The notes beneath the pieces are model-generated. The model saw only the letters and a list, made by a program, of their open reading frames with translations. It was not told the origin of the DNA and did no database searches. Both the position numbers and the translations under genes were made by a program. Below, one piece after another: positions 37,794 through 50,309 of a stretch of 64,000 bases of DNA (its first letter is position 1; each line of letters begins with the position of its first letter). Origin of the DNA: Camelus ferus (Eukaryota); contig NC_045696.1 of the NCBI RefSeq assembly GCF_009834535.1, forward strand, positions 3,164,001-3,228,000, written 5' to 3'.

Positions 37794-39510
37794 GTAATTC
37801 GGGGAGCCTCCAGCCAGCGTGTGGAGTCTCAGCGGAGATAGTGATGAAGGCGGGCAGCTGGGCACAGGCCGGCGCCTCCCATCCCCGTGGCAACCCCAGG
37901 TCCCGACCGCTAAGCGACTTGCTCCAGGTCACCCAGGATGTGTCTCCCCTGCTTCTCCCTCCTGGAGCCCCTCCCCTTCCCTGAGTCCCTTGGCCTCCCC
38001 TCTATCAAGTGACCCTCTCCTCCTCATAACCCCTCTTCCCCGCACCCCTCAGACCTCTCTGCTGAGATGGTCCTTCCTGGAGCCTCCCGAGTCTAAACTC
38101 ATCTTGAGTTGTGGCTCAAAGCCACTTAGGGCGCCCTCTCAGGGCAAGGCTGGTGGGCACCCTTCCCCAGTCTGTCTTCTCATCTTCGTCCGCTTTCTTC
38201 ACTCCAGACTCGCCCTTTCCTCCCCTCTCTGTTGCTTCAATGCTAAGGTTTACTTCTGTCTCCTTCTCGTTCATTCTTCCTCCTTCTCTCTTGGACGCCC
38301 TCCTTCGGTCTTCTCTGCTTTCAGTATCCGGGGTCAGAGGTCTGTGAAAAAGAAAAAGACAGACTGGCCAGTAGGATTGCCTGGGTCCCAATCCCAGTGC
38401 CCACGTAGCCCCGACTCATGACTCAGGCCTCAAAATAGGGATATTAGTACCAGCTTGAGAGGGTGGGTGTGGGGCTCCAGGACCCTGGAGGGAAACCCGG
38501 CACCTGCACGAGTCTGCGGTCGTGGCTGTTGCTGCCACTGAGGCTTTGGCAGCGTATGGGGCTCCAGTTGCGGCCTTTGGGGTCTCTTTGCATCTCCCCA
38601 CCACCTGGCTTGCGCCTGCAGGGGACTCTCCATCTCAGTAACAGCTGGCTTTTTCACCTGGCATCCGCCACAGCAGCGGCAGGCTGAGCACCTGGGCGGG
38701 GGTGGGGGCGGGGCTGGGAGGGTCGCTGCTGCTGCCTTGAGTTCATCTTCTCCCAAACTGAAACCTGACCCAACTGTGTCTACGATGGACGGTCCCAGCA
38801 CTGCCCCCGCCCCCAGCGCCTGCAGTGACCTGATGAAATCCTGCTTGGAGAGTTAGCGACGGAAGCAAGCCAGCTGCATTGTCATTTGTTCATCCCATCA
38901 CCTCCTACCTCCTAACTCTTCAAACACCCGATTTGAAAAACCTCTACGCCCTCTTGCCCGTGGTTCTCCCAGAGACCTGTCTCCTGACCCTGCAGACGCC
39001 GGCTGCTTCTGGCGCCCCTGAAGCTCTCTGTCCACGTACTCGCCCCTGGAGCGGGAGCCCGCCCCTGCCCTGGGCAGCCCGGGAGGCCCTTCACTGCCCC
39101 TCCAGCCTGTCACCCTTGGGGTGCTCAGGGTCCCCACTTTGGTGCCCACCTGAAAACACCCCACCTGTTCTGTGTTCTCTTCCCTCTGGGGCCGCTTCAG
39201 GCCAAGAAAAGGTCGGTGTAGCTGAATGCGTCGAGGAGGGGGCACCCAGCTACGTCAGGGAGGGTCCTCCCTCCCACGTGCCTGGAGCCCTTGGTGAGTG
39301 GACGGGCTGTGGGGTGGCAGCTGCCCAGGCTCTTCCAGGTCGGGGATGCCTTGCTGAATTGGCAGAAGGAAGCCAGTGAAGGTTTGGGGGCACAAAGTGA
39401 CACCCCCCCAACCCAGGACGGTGCCTGTAATACTGACATCTGAGCACAGGTGGATTTGAGGCACAGAGTGAACTTCACACATCGGGTCTGCGTCTCCCAT
39501 GTGCTTGCAG

Positions 39511-39636
39511 CTACGTGAGTTCAGACACCCTCAGAGTGGACTTGCTCGAGGCGCGGTTCCGAGAGCACTTTGTGTCCATCAGCCACCTCCTGCCAGGTGA
39601 CAAAGTGACTGCTTTACAGCACTCGGTGCACTTGAG
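39511..39636 (+). CDS. TMPRSS3: TMPRSS3 exon 6, SRCR domain (126 bp)
   Basis: (S)[41 protein letters not shown](R); CAG/GTGAGC. Confidence 0.96.
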
Positions 39637-40870
39637 GTGAGCGGCCAGGTGGTGTTGCGTCCCCACATGTGTCCAGTCGCCCCCTGGACTCAGGCAGCTC
39701 CTCCAGGACTCAAGGGCGTGAGGGTGTGTCCTCCAAGTGCAAGGTCGGGGCTTGGCCACTTTGGTTAGACTGGGTGGATGCACCAGGCTGGGGTACAGGA
39801 ACTTAGCCCCAAGCAGGCAAATACAGACTGAGGGAGAAAGGCGGCGGGGTGGGCGAAGGAGTCACGTGATGCGCATGCCATGCATGCAGTACCACACCTC
39901 GCACACAGAGGGCGCTGCCGGTGTGTTTGGAGAAAGGAAGGGGGGACTATCAGAAAGAAATTAAGAAACGTATCCATTATTTGCAAACTACTTTCATGTT
40001 CACCATTTATATTACACGTTTCCCCAAACAACTCAGGAGGAAAGTAAAACGAAGCGCCTTCAAGTGATAGTCAGGTACCCGAAAGCCTAGAGGGGTCACC
40101 TGCCAGGCGTGTGGAGGTGCGTCGGGCACTCTGAACCCACGGTCCACATGCTCTTCCTGACCCTTTGGGCCAAACCCCAAGAGGAGTGTGTCCTCTTTTC
40201 CAGGAACCAACAGCCTGTCAGTCTGTCTTTTATTTGACAATCGCACCTGGTCCCACGTGCAGTCTGCAGGGACAGCTTATCTCTTGGGTCTTAAAACCAC
40301 AGTCTGGTGACACTTGCTTTTTCTTGCATGATTGCATGACAGGACTGAGGCTGTAGAGGCAGGAAAAGTTACAAAGGGGTCCTGGGGTGCACCCCACCCA
40401 TGTAGGGGAGAGTGTGTGTCATTTCCGGGGCAGTCACACCTCTGCTCCGGGGAGGAGTCCTCTCTGAGGGGTGTGTGTCCCAGGCTGCAAGGACTTCCTG
40501 CCAGGAGAGCCTGTCACGCCGTCCAATGGACACGAGTCCCCAGGGGCCAGTCAAGAACCTCGGGTTAAAACTGACATGCAAACGACACCAGTATGTGTCG
40601 ATATCATGGAGCTCATTTTGCATCATTTGTCGTCAGCAGTACAAGCTTAGAAACACTCAGCGGCTGGTCGCATACCGCACTTCACTGTGGTCACGTGTTT
40701 TATAATGAGCTGTGTGACCTCACTCTCGTGGGTTTTTTTTTAACAGACTAAAGTTGTAATCTGTATTCAAGAGCAGGGGAATAGAGTTTATTTTTCTTTT
40801 ACATTAGGATTTAAGTGCATTTCACAGGCCTCCAGTGTTTATCTTTAAACCTAGTCTTTTTCCACTTTAG

Positions 40871-40914
40871 GGAGGGGTGTGCCTCGGGTCACGTGGTCAC
40901 TTTGACGTGCTCAG
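40871..40914 (+). CDS. TMPRSS3: TMPRSS3 exon 7 (44 bp)
   Basis: (R)EGCASGHVVTLTCS; TAG/GTAAGA. Confidence 0.96.
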
Positions 40915-41623
40915 GTAAGAGTCACAGAAACGCAGGGATAAATGGAAGCTCGCCCTGGCTCACAGGCTGCCTTGTCCCCTCTCCCCTCCTCTGCTGCCCG
41001 TCCCTTCCTCCCGGGTGCCAGGCGGGAGCCCTGTGGCCCTACCTGCCAGAGGAGGGGAGCCGTCAGTCTCCCCTGCCAGGTGCGGGGAGGCAGTCCGTAG
41101 CCACTTCTCAGCCACAGTCAGGACCACGCTGCACGACGCCCTGTCACTCGGTGGTGGCTCCAGGAGCCTGACTCGCTGTCCCCTTCTCTTCCCCGCCGCC
41201 CCCCGCCCCCTCCAGAACAGTATGCAGGCTACTTGTGCCCCGGACACTCCCCACCCGGCCTGGGCAGGCGCCCCTTGCTCCTGGCAGGGGCTTCTCGTTT
41301 TGGGGCTGGGTCTGAAGAAGTCAGGCACTTGCTCAGCAGCACCTGTTAGTGAGGCTCCCCGCCCTCCTGGAGAGCTGTCAGCATCCTGGGAGCGTGGGCG
41401 TCATGGGCAGGGGGCTGCCAGCACCCGGCTCTGTGCACCAGCGGGCTTTTCCCACTGCACTTCGCAGCGCCCAGCCCGTCCCGCCTCGGGTGACCTGCCC
41501 CCCGCCTCACCCTGCGCTCGCCCTGAAGCGCTCTCCCCTGGGCTGCGAGCTCTGAGTGGGGCAGGATGCCAGGGAGAGGAGGGGTGTGTGGGACCCACCC
41601 TGACCCTTGTGTTCCCTCTGCAG

Positions 41624-41789
41624 CCTGCGGTCGGAGGATGCGCGACAGCGCACGCATCGTGGGTGGGAACGCGTCCTCACTGGCGCAGTGGCCCTGGCAG
41701 GCCAGCCTGCAGTTCCAGGGCTACCACCTGTGCGGGGGCTCCCTCATCACCCCGGTGTGGATCGTCACAGCTGCTCACTGCGTCTATGA
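41624..41789 (+). CDS. TMPRSS3: TMPRSS3 exon 8, activation site and catalytic His (166 bp)
   Basis: [63 protein letters not shown]. Confidence 0.98.
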
Positions 41790-42505
41790 GTGAGTGCTCC
41801 TGCCTCCTGGCGGGGAGGGTCCTCATCTTCCCCAGACTCCCTTCCAGTCTGGGCCACGTTGGGATGGGTCTGATTTGGGTGGTTGGCAGCAGAGCAGGTC
41901 CGGAAAGCAGGAACACAGACCAGATCGTCCCAATGTCCCCCAGGGCGGCCCCTCCCCGCTGGATCCATCTCCATCAGCTGGGGGAGACTGGTGACCCTGA
42001 GCTCATTTTAAGGACCTTAGACCTGCAGCTCCTACAGAAAAGAGAGAGAGGAGGAAGGGAGCTCTGGTGCAGGAGGGAGCCCGCGACGCAGAGGCCCTAG
42101 ACCTCCCTGCAGTGACTGGGGTGGACCGCGCGGCAGCCGGCCTGCCGAGAGGGAGGGGGCGCTGCGGGGCGGGTGGCGCGTGGCCCTGGAGCAGCCTCTC
42201 AGGAGGGGCGGCGCGGAAGAAAACCGCAGCAAGTGCTTACAGGCAGAGTAGCGACTGCCCCTGCTGCGTTTTGGTTCCTGGTGGAGAACGGGCCCCGGCG
42301 GCCCCTCACAGTCGGCAAAGCTGAGCTCGCTTCTCCAGTGCCCAGACGTCCCCAGGGGCGCGGCGCGCAGGTCCTGTCTGGGAGACGTGCGGGGAGGGCT
42401 GTGCCCCTGCGGGGCTGGGGAGGGCGCCTCCTGCCGGTCCCCAGCACTGGCTCTGGGGACACCCGAGGTCCATGGGTTCAGGTGCTTGGGGCGCTCTCGT
42501 TTCAG

Positions 42506-42675
42506 TCTCTACCTCCCCAAGTCGTGGACTATCCAGGTGGGGCTGGTTTCCCTGCTGGACAGCCCAGCCCCCTCCCACCTGGTGGAAAAAATCGTCCGCC
42601 ACAGCAAGTACAAGCCAAAGAGACTGGGCAATGACATCGCGCTCATGAAGCTGGCCGGGCCTGCCTCCTTCAGTG
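42506..42675 (+). CDS. TMPRSS3: TMPRSS3 exon 9, catalytic Asp (170 bp)
   Basis: [65 protein letters not shown]. Confidence 0.97.
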
Positions 42676-44062
42676 GTACGTCTGGGTCTCTCTCATGTTG
42701 TCACTATCATTTGTTTCAAGAGAATTTGCGTTTCTCGTGGAAGCGTTTGAGGGTGGCTGCTTTACAGTCTCCGCCAGATGACCCTGAATCTGACTCATTT
42801 CAGCCTTGGCCTCAGCTGACTGTCCCATCTCATGAACGCTGTGATTTTCTTGGTTCTTGGTATGATGAGAACTTCTCAGTCGTGTTCTGGACACGTGAAC
42901 CGTCCTGTTAGGAGACGCCGGGCCCTGCGTGCGTCCTCGGTCGCAGCGGCGGTCACCCTGCTCAGGCTCTCTGTGCAGGTCTGCCTGCTTCTGCGGCTGT
43001 GGCTCTGATGGCTACTTGACTTTAGAGCCTTCGTGGCTCCCCTGCAACCAGCTTGGTTTGTCGGGGCCTCCGGGGCCCTCTCTTGTGGTGCTTTCTCTCT
43101 GCTGGTGCCGTCCGGAGATTAAAGGGACTGCCCGAGGCCGGGCCACCTGGCTGCCTGTGCGAGGTAGAAGGGAGTCTCAGGCCCGTGGTGACAAAGAGCT
43201 TTCCCTCGGTTGGTGAGGTCCCCTGCCAGTGCCACCCACCTGCCTGGTGTCTCCATCTTGGCCGAGGGGGAGAGGGCCTCCCAGGCCAGCCAGCTTGTAG
43301 TGGGGTCCTTGGTGGTCCTCTCTTTACAAACTGGAACTTACTGGGCATCTTCGGCAACTGGAAGTTACTCAGAGACATTCTCTCCCAACCAGCTGCTGAG
43401 CTCAGCAGCTCCGTTCCTCCATGGAAATGTCATGTCCTGACGCCTGAAGGTTACAAAAACACCAGAAAAGTCACACAGGACAGAACTTTCCAAAGTTTTT
43501 GCAGATGCAACAAAGCCTTCAAGCCTACTCTTAAGTAAATGAAAGTCCCCTTCTCCATCCCAAGGGTGACAGCAGCTTGGAGAGCAGGCAGGGAACAGCA
43601 GGCAGGGAACAACAGACAGGCCCTTGCTGGAGCAGAGTCCTGGCTCAGGGCCAGCAGCAGGTGTGACCTGCAGAATCACCAGGGCATTTATCCTGAAGCA
43701 CATGGAGCTCTCTGTGTGACACCTTGAAACAGTATTTCTAGAGAAACAGAGATATTGTACTGGTGGTGTTTATTTGTAGATTATTATTAATGGTATTTCA
43801 TTATAAAGCAATTTCACTTTGCACTTGGACAAAAATTAAAATGAGCCCCTTTGTCTCTTCTCTGCCTTTCCATGACTGTCACACCCAGAAAAGCTCAGCC
43901 TATCTCAGGATGCAGTTGCGTGAAGACCCCTGGCAGTTTTTGGTGGCAGGCTTGTGTGACACAGCCCACGTGGAAAGGCAGGCTTGTGGCCTCCAGACGT
44001 GGCAGGAAGATGGGAAGACTCATGGAGTGATGCTCTGCGAAGCAACGTGCCCGCGGTCTAGA

Positions 44063-44281
44063 CCAGGGGCAGGCAGCCTGTGGCCCCCGGGCTGAATCTG
44101 ACCCTTTGCTTGCTTTTGTAAATAAAGTCTTGTTGGCACACAGCCCGGCGGCTTGTGCCCTGCTGCCTGCGGCTGCGTCCACACCGTGGTGGCAGAGGGG
44201 CGGCTTGAGACAGAGTCTGCGTGGCCTGCAAAGCTAACATGCTTACTCTTTGCCCCTTACAGAAAGCATGCTGAGTCCCGG
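44063..44281. mobile_element. MER58A-like hAT MITE
   Basis: caggggcaggcagcctgtggccc...ttttgtaaataaagt...cttacagaaag; flanked by ggtctaga/ggtctagg. Confidence 0.75.
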
Positions 44282-44476
44282 TCTAGGCTCACTCACGTTG
44301 CAAGGTCCAAGGTGGTTTTAAAGTTTCAGAGCTCTGGCGGGGGAGAGCCCCTGCTTTGGGCTAACAGCTTGCAAACCACTAGGGGCCTGGCCTTTCTTTG
44401 GGAGACGGTCCAAGCCCCCTGCAGACGTGGTCCCTGATGAGACGGCTTTCTTGGACTGCGGCTCCCACGGGGTTGA

Positions 44477-44749
<273 letters not shown>

Positions 44750-44884
44750 TGAGACAAGAGAGGAATGGTGATGGGGTGTGCTTGGTGGTGGGCCTTTAAG
44801 ACGCAAGAGTGATAGGTTTACAAATAGGTTGAGTTACAGGGTGTCGACCCCTTTGGGTGGGTAGTGAGGCTGACCCACTGCAGA

Positions 44885-45325
44885 CGTGTTAGTGTCTTGT
44901 TGCTGCCGCAACAAACAATCCCAAAATTAAACAACCCACGTGCGTTACCTTATAGTCATGGTCAGAAGTCGTAACTCCATCTCAGAGGGCTGGGGTCAGT
45001 GTTGGGAGGCTGCGGCCCTCCTGGAGGCTCTCAGGGAGACTCTGTTCCTGCCTTTTCAGCTTCCAGAGCCCCCACATCTCTTGCTGCCACCCCTCCCTCC
45101 ACCTTCAGAGCCAGAAGCACTGCCTCTTCCAACCTCTCTCCTCTCTGACCTCTGCTTGCGCCACCACATCGCCTTCTGAGCCCTCTGAGGATCCCTGTGG
45201 TTACCTTTAAGGCCCACCCAGTGAGCCGGGATCCTGTCCCATCTCAAGGTCTTATCACATCCGCCAAGCCCCTTTTGCTATGGAAGGTGACACGGTCACT
45301 GTTTCCAGGAATTGGAACTTGGGAT
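44885..45325 (-). mobile_element. MLT1-type LTR
   Basis: gctgccgcaacaaac...ggtcagaagtc...ctggaggctc...ccttttcagcttccagag...aaggtgaca. Confidence 0.75.
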
Positions 45326-45866
45326 TCACTTTCTTAACCTGTATATTAACTTCAGCTGCAGCCTAAGAATGACCGTCTCTCATCTCATGGGCTTGACTTG
45401 CTAGTTACTCTTTTTTTTTTTTTTAATATGCTTTAAAGGAACTTCTATTAAAATTTGTAGCAAGAGAAAAAGAAAGATGAGAGGGCATTTTCCTGCGGAC
45501 CACCCCAAGGTTCTGCCAAAAAGCTGTGTGTGTTTGAGACCTTCCTGGAGCCTCAACCTCCCTTCTGTAACCTGGGTTGTTCTGAGAATGAAACAGGCCG
45601 GTGTGGGGTCAAGTGCTTGGCGGGGACCAGCCTTGGGGGGGGGGCCATGCTGGCTATGGTGGCCGCCCCCACCTCCCCCCACGTGGGTGCCCTTAGGGAA
45701 CCGAGTGGCCCTGACACGAAGCAGGGGGGTCCCCCCAGCCCACTCATTAGGGAGCAGAGCTCTAATGCCATCCTCCTCCAGGTGTGTACCCCCCACCCCA
45801 GATGCACGCCCTCTGAGTTCCCGGCGGGGCTCCACCTCACCCACGGTCCCCCTTGCTCTGACACAG

Positions 45867-46009
45867 GCGACACCTCCCCAGTCCTCAACCACGCCGCTGT
45901 GCCTTTGATCTCCAACAAGATCTGCAACCACAGGGAGGTGTACGGGGGTGTCATCGCCCCTTCCATGCTCTGCGCCGGCTACCTGAAAGGCGGCATGGAC
46001 AGCTGCCAG
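45867..46009 (+). CDS. TMPRSS3: TMPRSS3 exon 11 (143 bp), S1-pocket Asp
   Basis: (G)[56 protein letters not shown]. Confidence 0.97.
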
Positions 46010-46532
46010 GTAGGGGCCCTGGGCGACCTCTGGGGGCCCCGCAGTGGGCGGGGTTAGGCTCTGGTCTGGTGACCCAGCCTGTGGGACAGGCCAGGGCCAG
46101 CGTTTCCCTGTGACCGACCGAAAAGCAAATTTACAGGGTGTGGGGAAGAAGTTTACTCAAGATACCACTCCCTTTCCTGCCTGGTGGCACTCCCCGCTGC
46201 CCTGGTGCTGGGTGGTGGGAGGGGTCTCAGAGTTTGCAGTAGGGGCAGAGCGCAGGCGGGAACCGGGGAATCCAGCCTCCAAGGCCACAGTGGGCAAGAC
46301 TCCAGCCTCCAGCACTGCCTGGTCCAGCCGATGCCCCTGGCCAGGCAGACCCTCCCTCTGACAGCACCCTTCCGCTCCCCAAGCTGCCTTGACTTTTGAG
46401 GATACAGTGTATCTAGATTTCGCAGGGAGACAGCTGGAGGGAGACCATCCCCCCAGCACAAGGGCCCAGAATCAGGAGTGCGAGTCAGGCCTAGAAGGCC
46501 TGGGAGGGTGAACACAGAGCGGCAGTTCATGA

Positions 46533-46877
<345 letters not shown>

Positions 46878-47739
46878 TAATTACTGATTCATCATGCAGT
46901 GACTTTGTGCTCCTGAGTGTCGGACTGAGCACAGCCAGTGTCACAGGCAAGGTCTGGGTGGGGTGGGCCTGGCAGGGGTCGGGCACATGCGAGGACGAGC
47001 CTTGGAGGATGGGGCCCAGTCAGGGGGGCATGTGTGTATGTGGAAACAGGTGGCAGACGGTTTGGACCTGGAGGCCCCAGCACCCACTGAGGAGTTTGGA
47101 CCTTGCTGGGAGTCAGGATGGGGTGGGGAGTCTTGGATCATAAGAGGTCTGGGCAGTTCTATGCTTGGGGAGGGGGGCGCATCCCTGGAGGGGTGGCTGG
47201 AGGAGGAACAGTCAGTGAGGCTGGCTTGGCAGAACCGGGGCCAGCAGGGGGAGCCCTGGGGATGGTGGGAGAAAGGGAGTGCCCCCTTCTACTCCAGGCC
47301 CCAGTGTGATGGCTTGGAGGACAGGTGGTGACAGCCACCCGGGGAGCAGGGGGCTCACAGCCTGGCCTCGTGCCTCGCGGACACTCAGCAAATGTCTGCT
47401 GACCTGACCGCCAGCTCTGAGCCCCACATCAGGCCTTGGACCAATTTCAAATACCTTTTTTTTTTTAACACATAAAGTTAACCACTTTAGAGTGAGCAGC
47501 GCTGTGGCGTTTAGCCTGTTCGTGGTGTTGTGCAGCCTCACCTCTGTCTAGTCGCAAACATTTTCACTGCCCAGAAATAAGACTTCACTAAGCAGTCCCT
47601 CCCGGCTCCCTGTCTCCCAGCCTCTGGCAACCAGCAGCCTGCTTTCTGAGTCTAATGAGAACCGTGACTGCAGCCCTGCACATGCCGACAGCACAGAGAC
47701 AGATCTCCAGCCCGGGGCCCAGAGCACTCCCCTAGCTGC

Positions 47740-48246
47740 TCGCTAACACCGGGGACCCCCCAGTGTTCTGCTCGCCTCAAGATGAGGCGTTGGGGCAAGG
47801 AATAATGACTTTATTCCAAAAGCCAGCAGACCAAGAAGACAGAGGCCCAATGTCCTGGAGAATCACCTTCCCCAAGTCAGAATTCAGGCTCCTTTTATAC
47901 TAGAAGGAGGGGGTGTAGTCAGTTGTTGCAGACTCCTTGGTGTCAGCATCCTTTGTTCCTGCAGCTGTCCACGTGGGTCAGGCCATGATGTTCCTATAAA
48001 CCTCCAACAAAACAAACGTTATTTTCCATTCTGCAACTTGTTATCGTCATATGAGTGCAAGAGTGTTACTATCCTTAAAGGTCAGAGCCTTCTGAACAGG
48101 CTCTCCTGTGTATTTCAGGCTAAAGGCAACACTCTTTTACAAAAGGTGCAGAGCTGGCAAGACTGAGCCTAGAAAACAGGTCACAGGGTTAAAGCCAAAG
48201 GAACAGATCTCACATGGAGTCAGATTTGTTCTTTCCTGTTGTACCA
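47740..48246 (-). mobile_element. ERV1-type solo LTR in TMPRSS3 intron 12
   Basis: Reverse polyA (ctttatt) and reverse TATA (ccttttatac) in LTR order; about 500 bp; ends approximate. Confidence 0.6.
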
Positions 48247-49004
48247 TTATACCAGGACCTTCTCCAGAGGGTCTGATCAGGAGGCCCTGGAGATTCGGAT
48301 GCAGGAGTCTTCAGGGCCCACTCGGAGGCAGTGGGGAGGATGTTAGAAAAGGCTCCCACGCCTCCCAGATGGGAGGAGCAGGCCGGTCTGGACGGGTGGA
48401 CGGCTTCCCTGACGCCTCTGACCGGCTGAAGCCTGTGTGAATTACGCCCTTTTTCAAGTCTCTCTTCAACTGTCTGGGGGATGAGCCAGAAGAGGCTTCC
48501 GTCCCATTGCTTCCCTTCTGTGAGAGGTTCCCAGCAGGGCTGCGTTTGCAGTTGCTCCTGATGAATATTTTGGTTGTTTCTGCTGACAGCCTTCCAAGGG
48601 CTCATACCCGTTTTTCAGCTGCTGAGACTGTGGCTGAAACACTTGCCTTTTCAGCAAGTAGTTTCCTCTCACTGCTGGGGGCTTAAAACCAGGTGGTTGC
48701 GACTCAAACGGGACATAGGAACACTGATGCTAAGAGCTGCAAAGTTCACGTGGAAACTATGAAGAAGTCTCAGGCCGGTGATGGAGAAGGCGGGGGCGTG
48801 GCTTGGTGGCGGTGCATGTGGGGAGTGAAGCTGTTTCCCACTTACTTGGGATCTGCGTGGAGTGGAGGCCAACCTTGTCCCCATCAGCTGTAAACACAGC
48901 TGATGCTCCACTCAGGATAAAATGCAGGTGCTCACTCGAACTTAATGTTGGAGAGACAGCTTGAAGTGGTAAAAAAAAGATAATACCTATGTTTTCATTT
49001 TTAG

Positions 49005-49022
49005 AGGGATCTGAAAACTTGA
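49005..49022 (+). CDS. TMPRSS3: TMPRSS3 exon 13 coding part with stop (RDLKT*); 3' UTR continues to at least about 49560
   Basis: ttttag|AGG GAT CTG AAA ACT TGA. The 12 coding exons sum to 1362 nt (453 aa plus stop). Confidence 0.93.
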   Translation, partial: RDLKT

Positions 49023-50309
49023 AGAGAAAGAAGCAAGTTACCACCTTGAGTTCCTGCCAAGATGGAGCCATCCCTGCCCTTCCGTGGAATCCCGTGTGGA
49101 AACTTCGAGCAGCAGAGCCAAAAGAAGGAGCATCTTTTCATTCCTCTACAAGTAGAACAGTTTTCTTCTAACACCTCTAACCAGCCAGAGGGGCAATGGA
49201 CTGAAATGACCCTGAAAGTCCTTTCTGACCTTCACTAACAGCAGAAGCAGGAACACCTCCCAAGGGCTACCTTTTCCCTACTTGTCCGTCCGCTTTCCTC
49301 CCATGCAGAGCGGTCCACGCCGCAGCCACTCAGCAAAGACGCGGCAGCCTGGACCTGCAGGCGTCACTGCAGATGCCGCTGTCTGCACATCTGTATCCAG
49401 GCACCAGAACCGGACCCAAATTTTCTACCAAGATCTCTTTTCACATGTGGGAACTTAACCTCTATGTGATTATAGTTTTGAGGTTTATTTCTGTTATGTC
49501 TTCCTAGCCTTTGGTGCTTGATGTATTATTGTCTCTTGCTCCCAGAGGACATACACCTTCTTAGTGTGTTCAAAAGCCAGAGCTCGTCTGAATGAATCCT
49601 GACTGCTTGTGTAAACTGAAATTGTGTAAGTTTCGTTCAAGAGGCTGGATTACTTTGATCTCTTCTGTAGACATTGTGGGCTTTGCATTTTTCTGTTAGA
49701 ACAGGGTTCTCAGCAGATCAGCACTATCTCTTATGACATCACAACACTCAGAAGCAGAATAAGAAAGTACTGGGATAACACAGGACCACCGAGACCCCAC
49801 ACAGCAATACTGATGACAGTCTCCTGCCATCAAGAAGCCAGAGGCTTCCCTACCTCTTTGTATGGACCTGTTAATCTACCATGCAGTTGCAGGGCTGGGG
49901 ACCCCTCCCATGACCCACACACCTTCTGAGGTCCCCACAACACACACACAACAGAAGAAGGTTACTTGGTAAGTAATTGCTGCCCAGTGGTGCTTTATCA
50001 TGAACAATTTCATCAGAATATGAATCTGTTGCTTTGCTTTGAGGCAACAGTGGGAAAGATGGGTGACTTTCAAAGAGATTAGAGATGGACCCAGGTCCAG
50101 GGAATGTTGTGGCTCCAGGAAGCCTCCTGTGACTTGAGTGAGAGGGGAATGGAGGAAGATGGGGGGTGGGTAGCTAGGGCAAACTGTAATTGGATGGCCC
50201 TCACTGAATCAGAGTCACTGTACAGATCTCTGTACATGTCAGAAAGTGACAAGACCATTTTTATTTTGAGGGTTTCTACCCAGCTCTCTTTGAAGGTAGT
50301 GGTAGCTCA

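Noticed and set aside
39515..39520. Strong donor-like GTGAGT 4 nt inside TMPRSS3 exon 6
   Set aside because: It is part of the conserved YVS codons and too close to the acceptor to define a plausible exon.
41015..42100. Longest ORF in the track (361 aa, plus strand)
   Set aside because: It crosses TMPRSS3 exon 8 out of frame, is low-complexity P/A/G/R-rich, and is expected by chance in GC-rich DNA.
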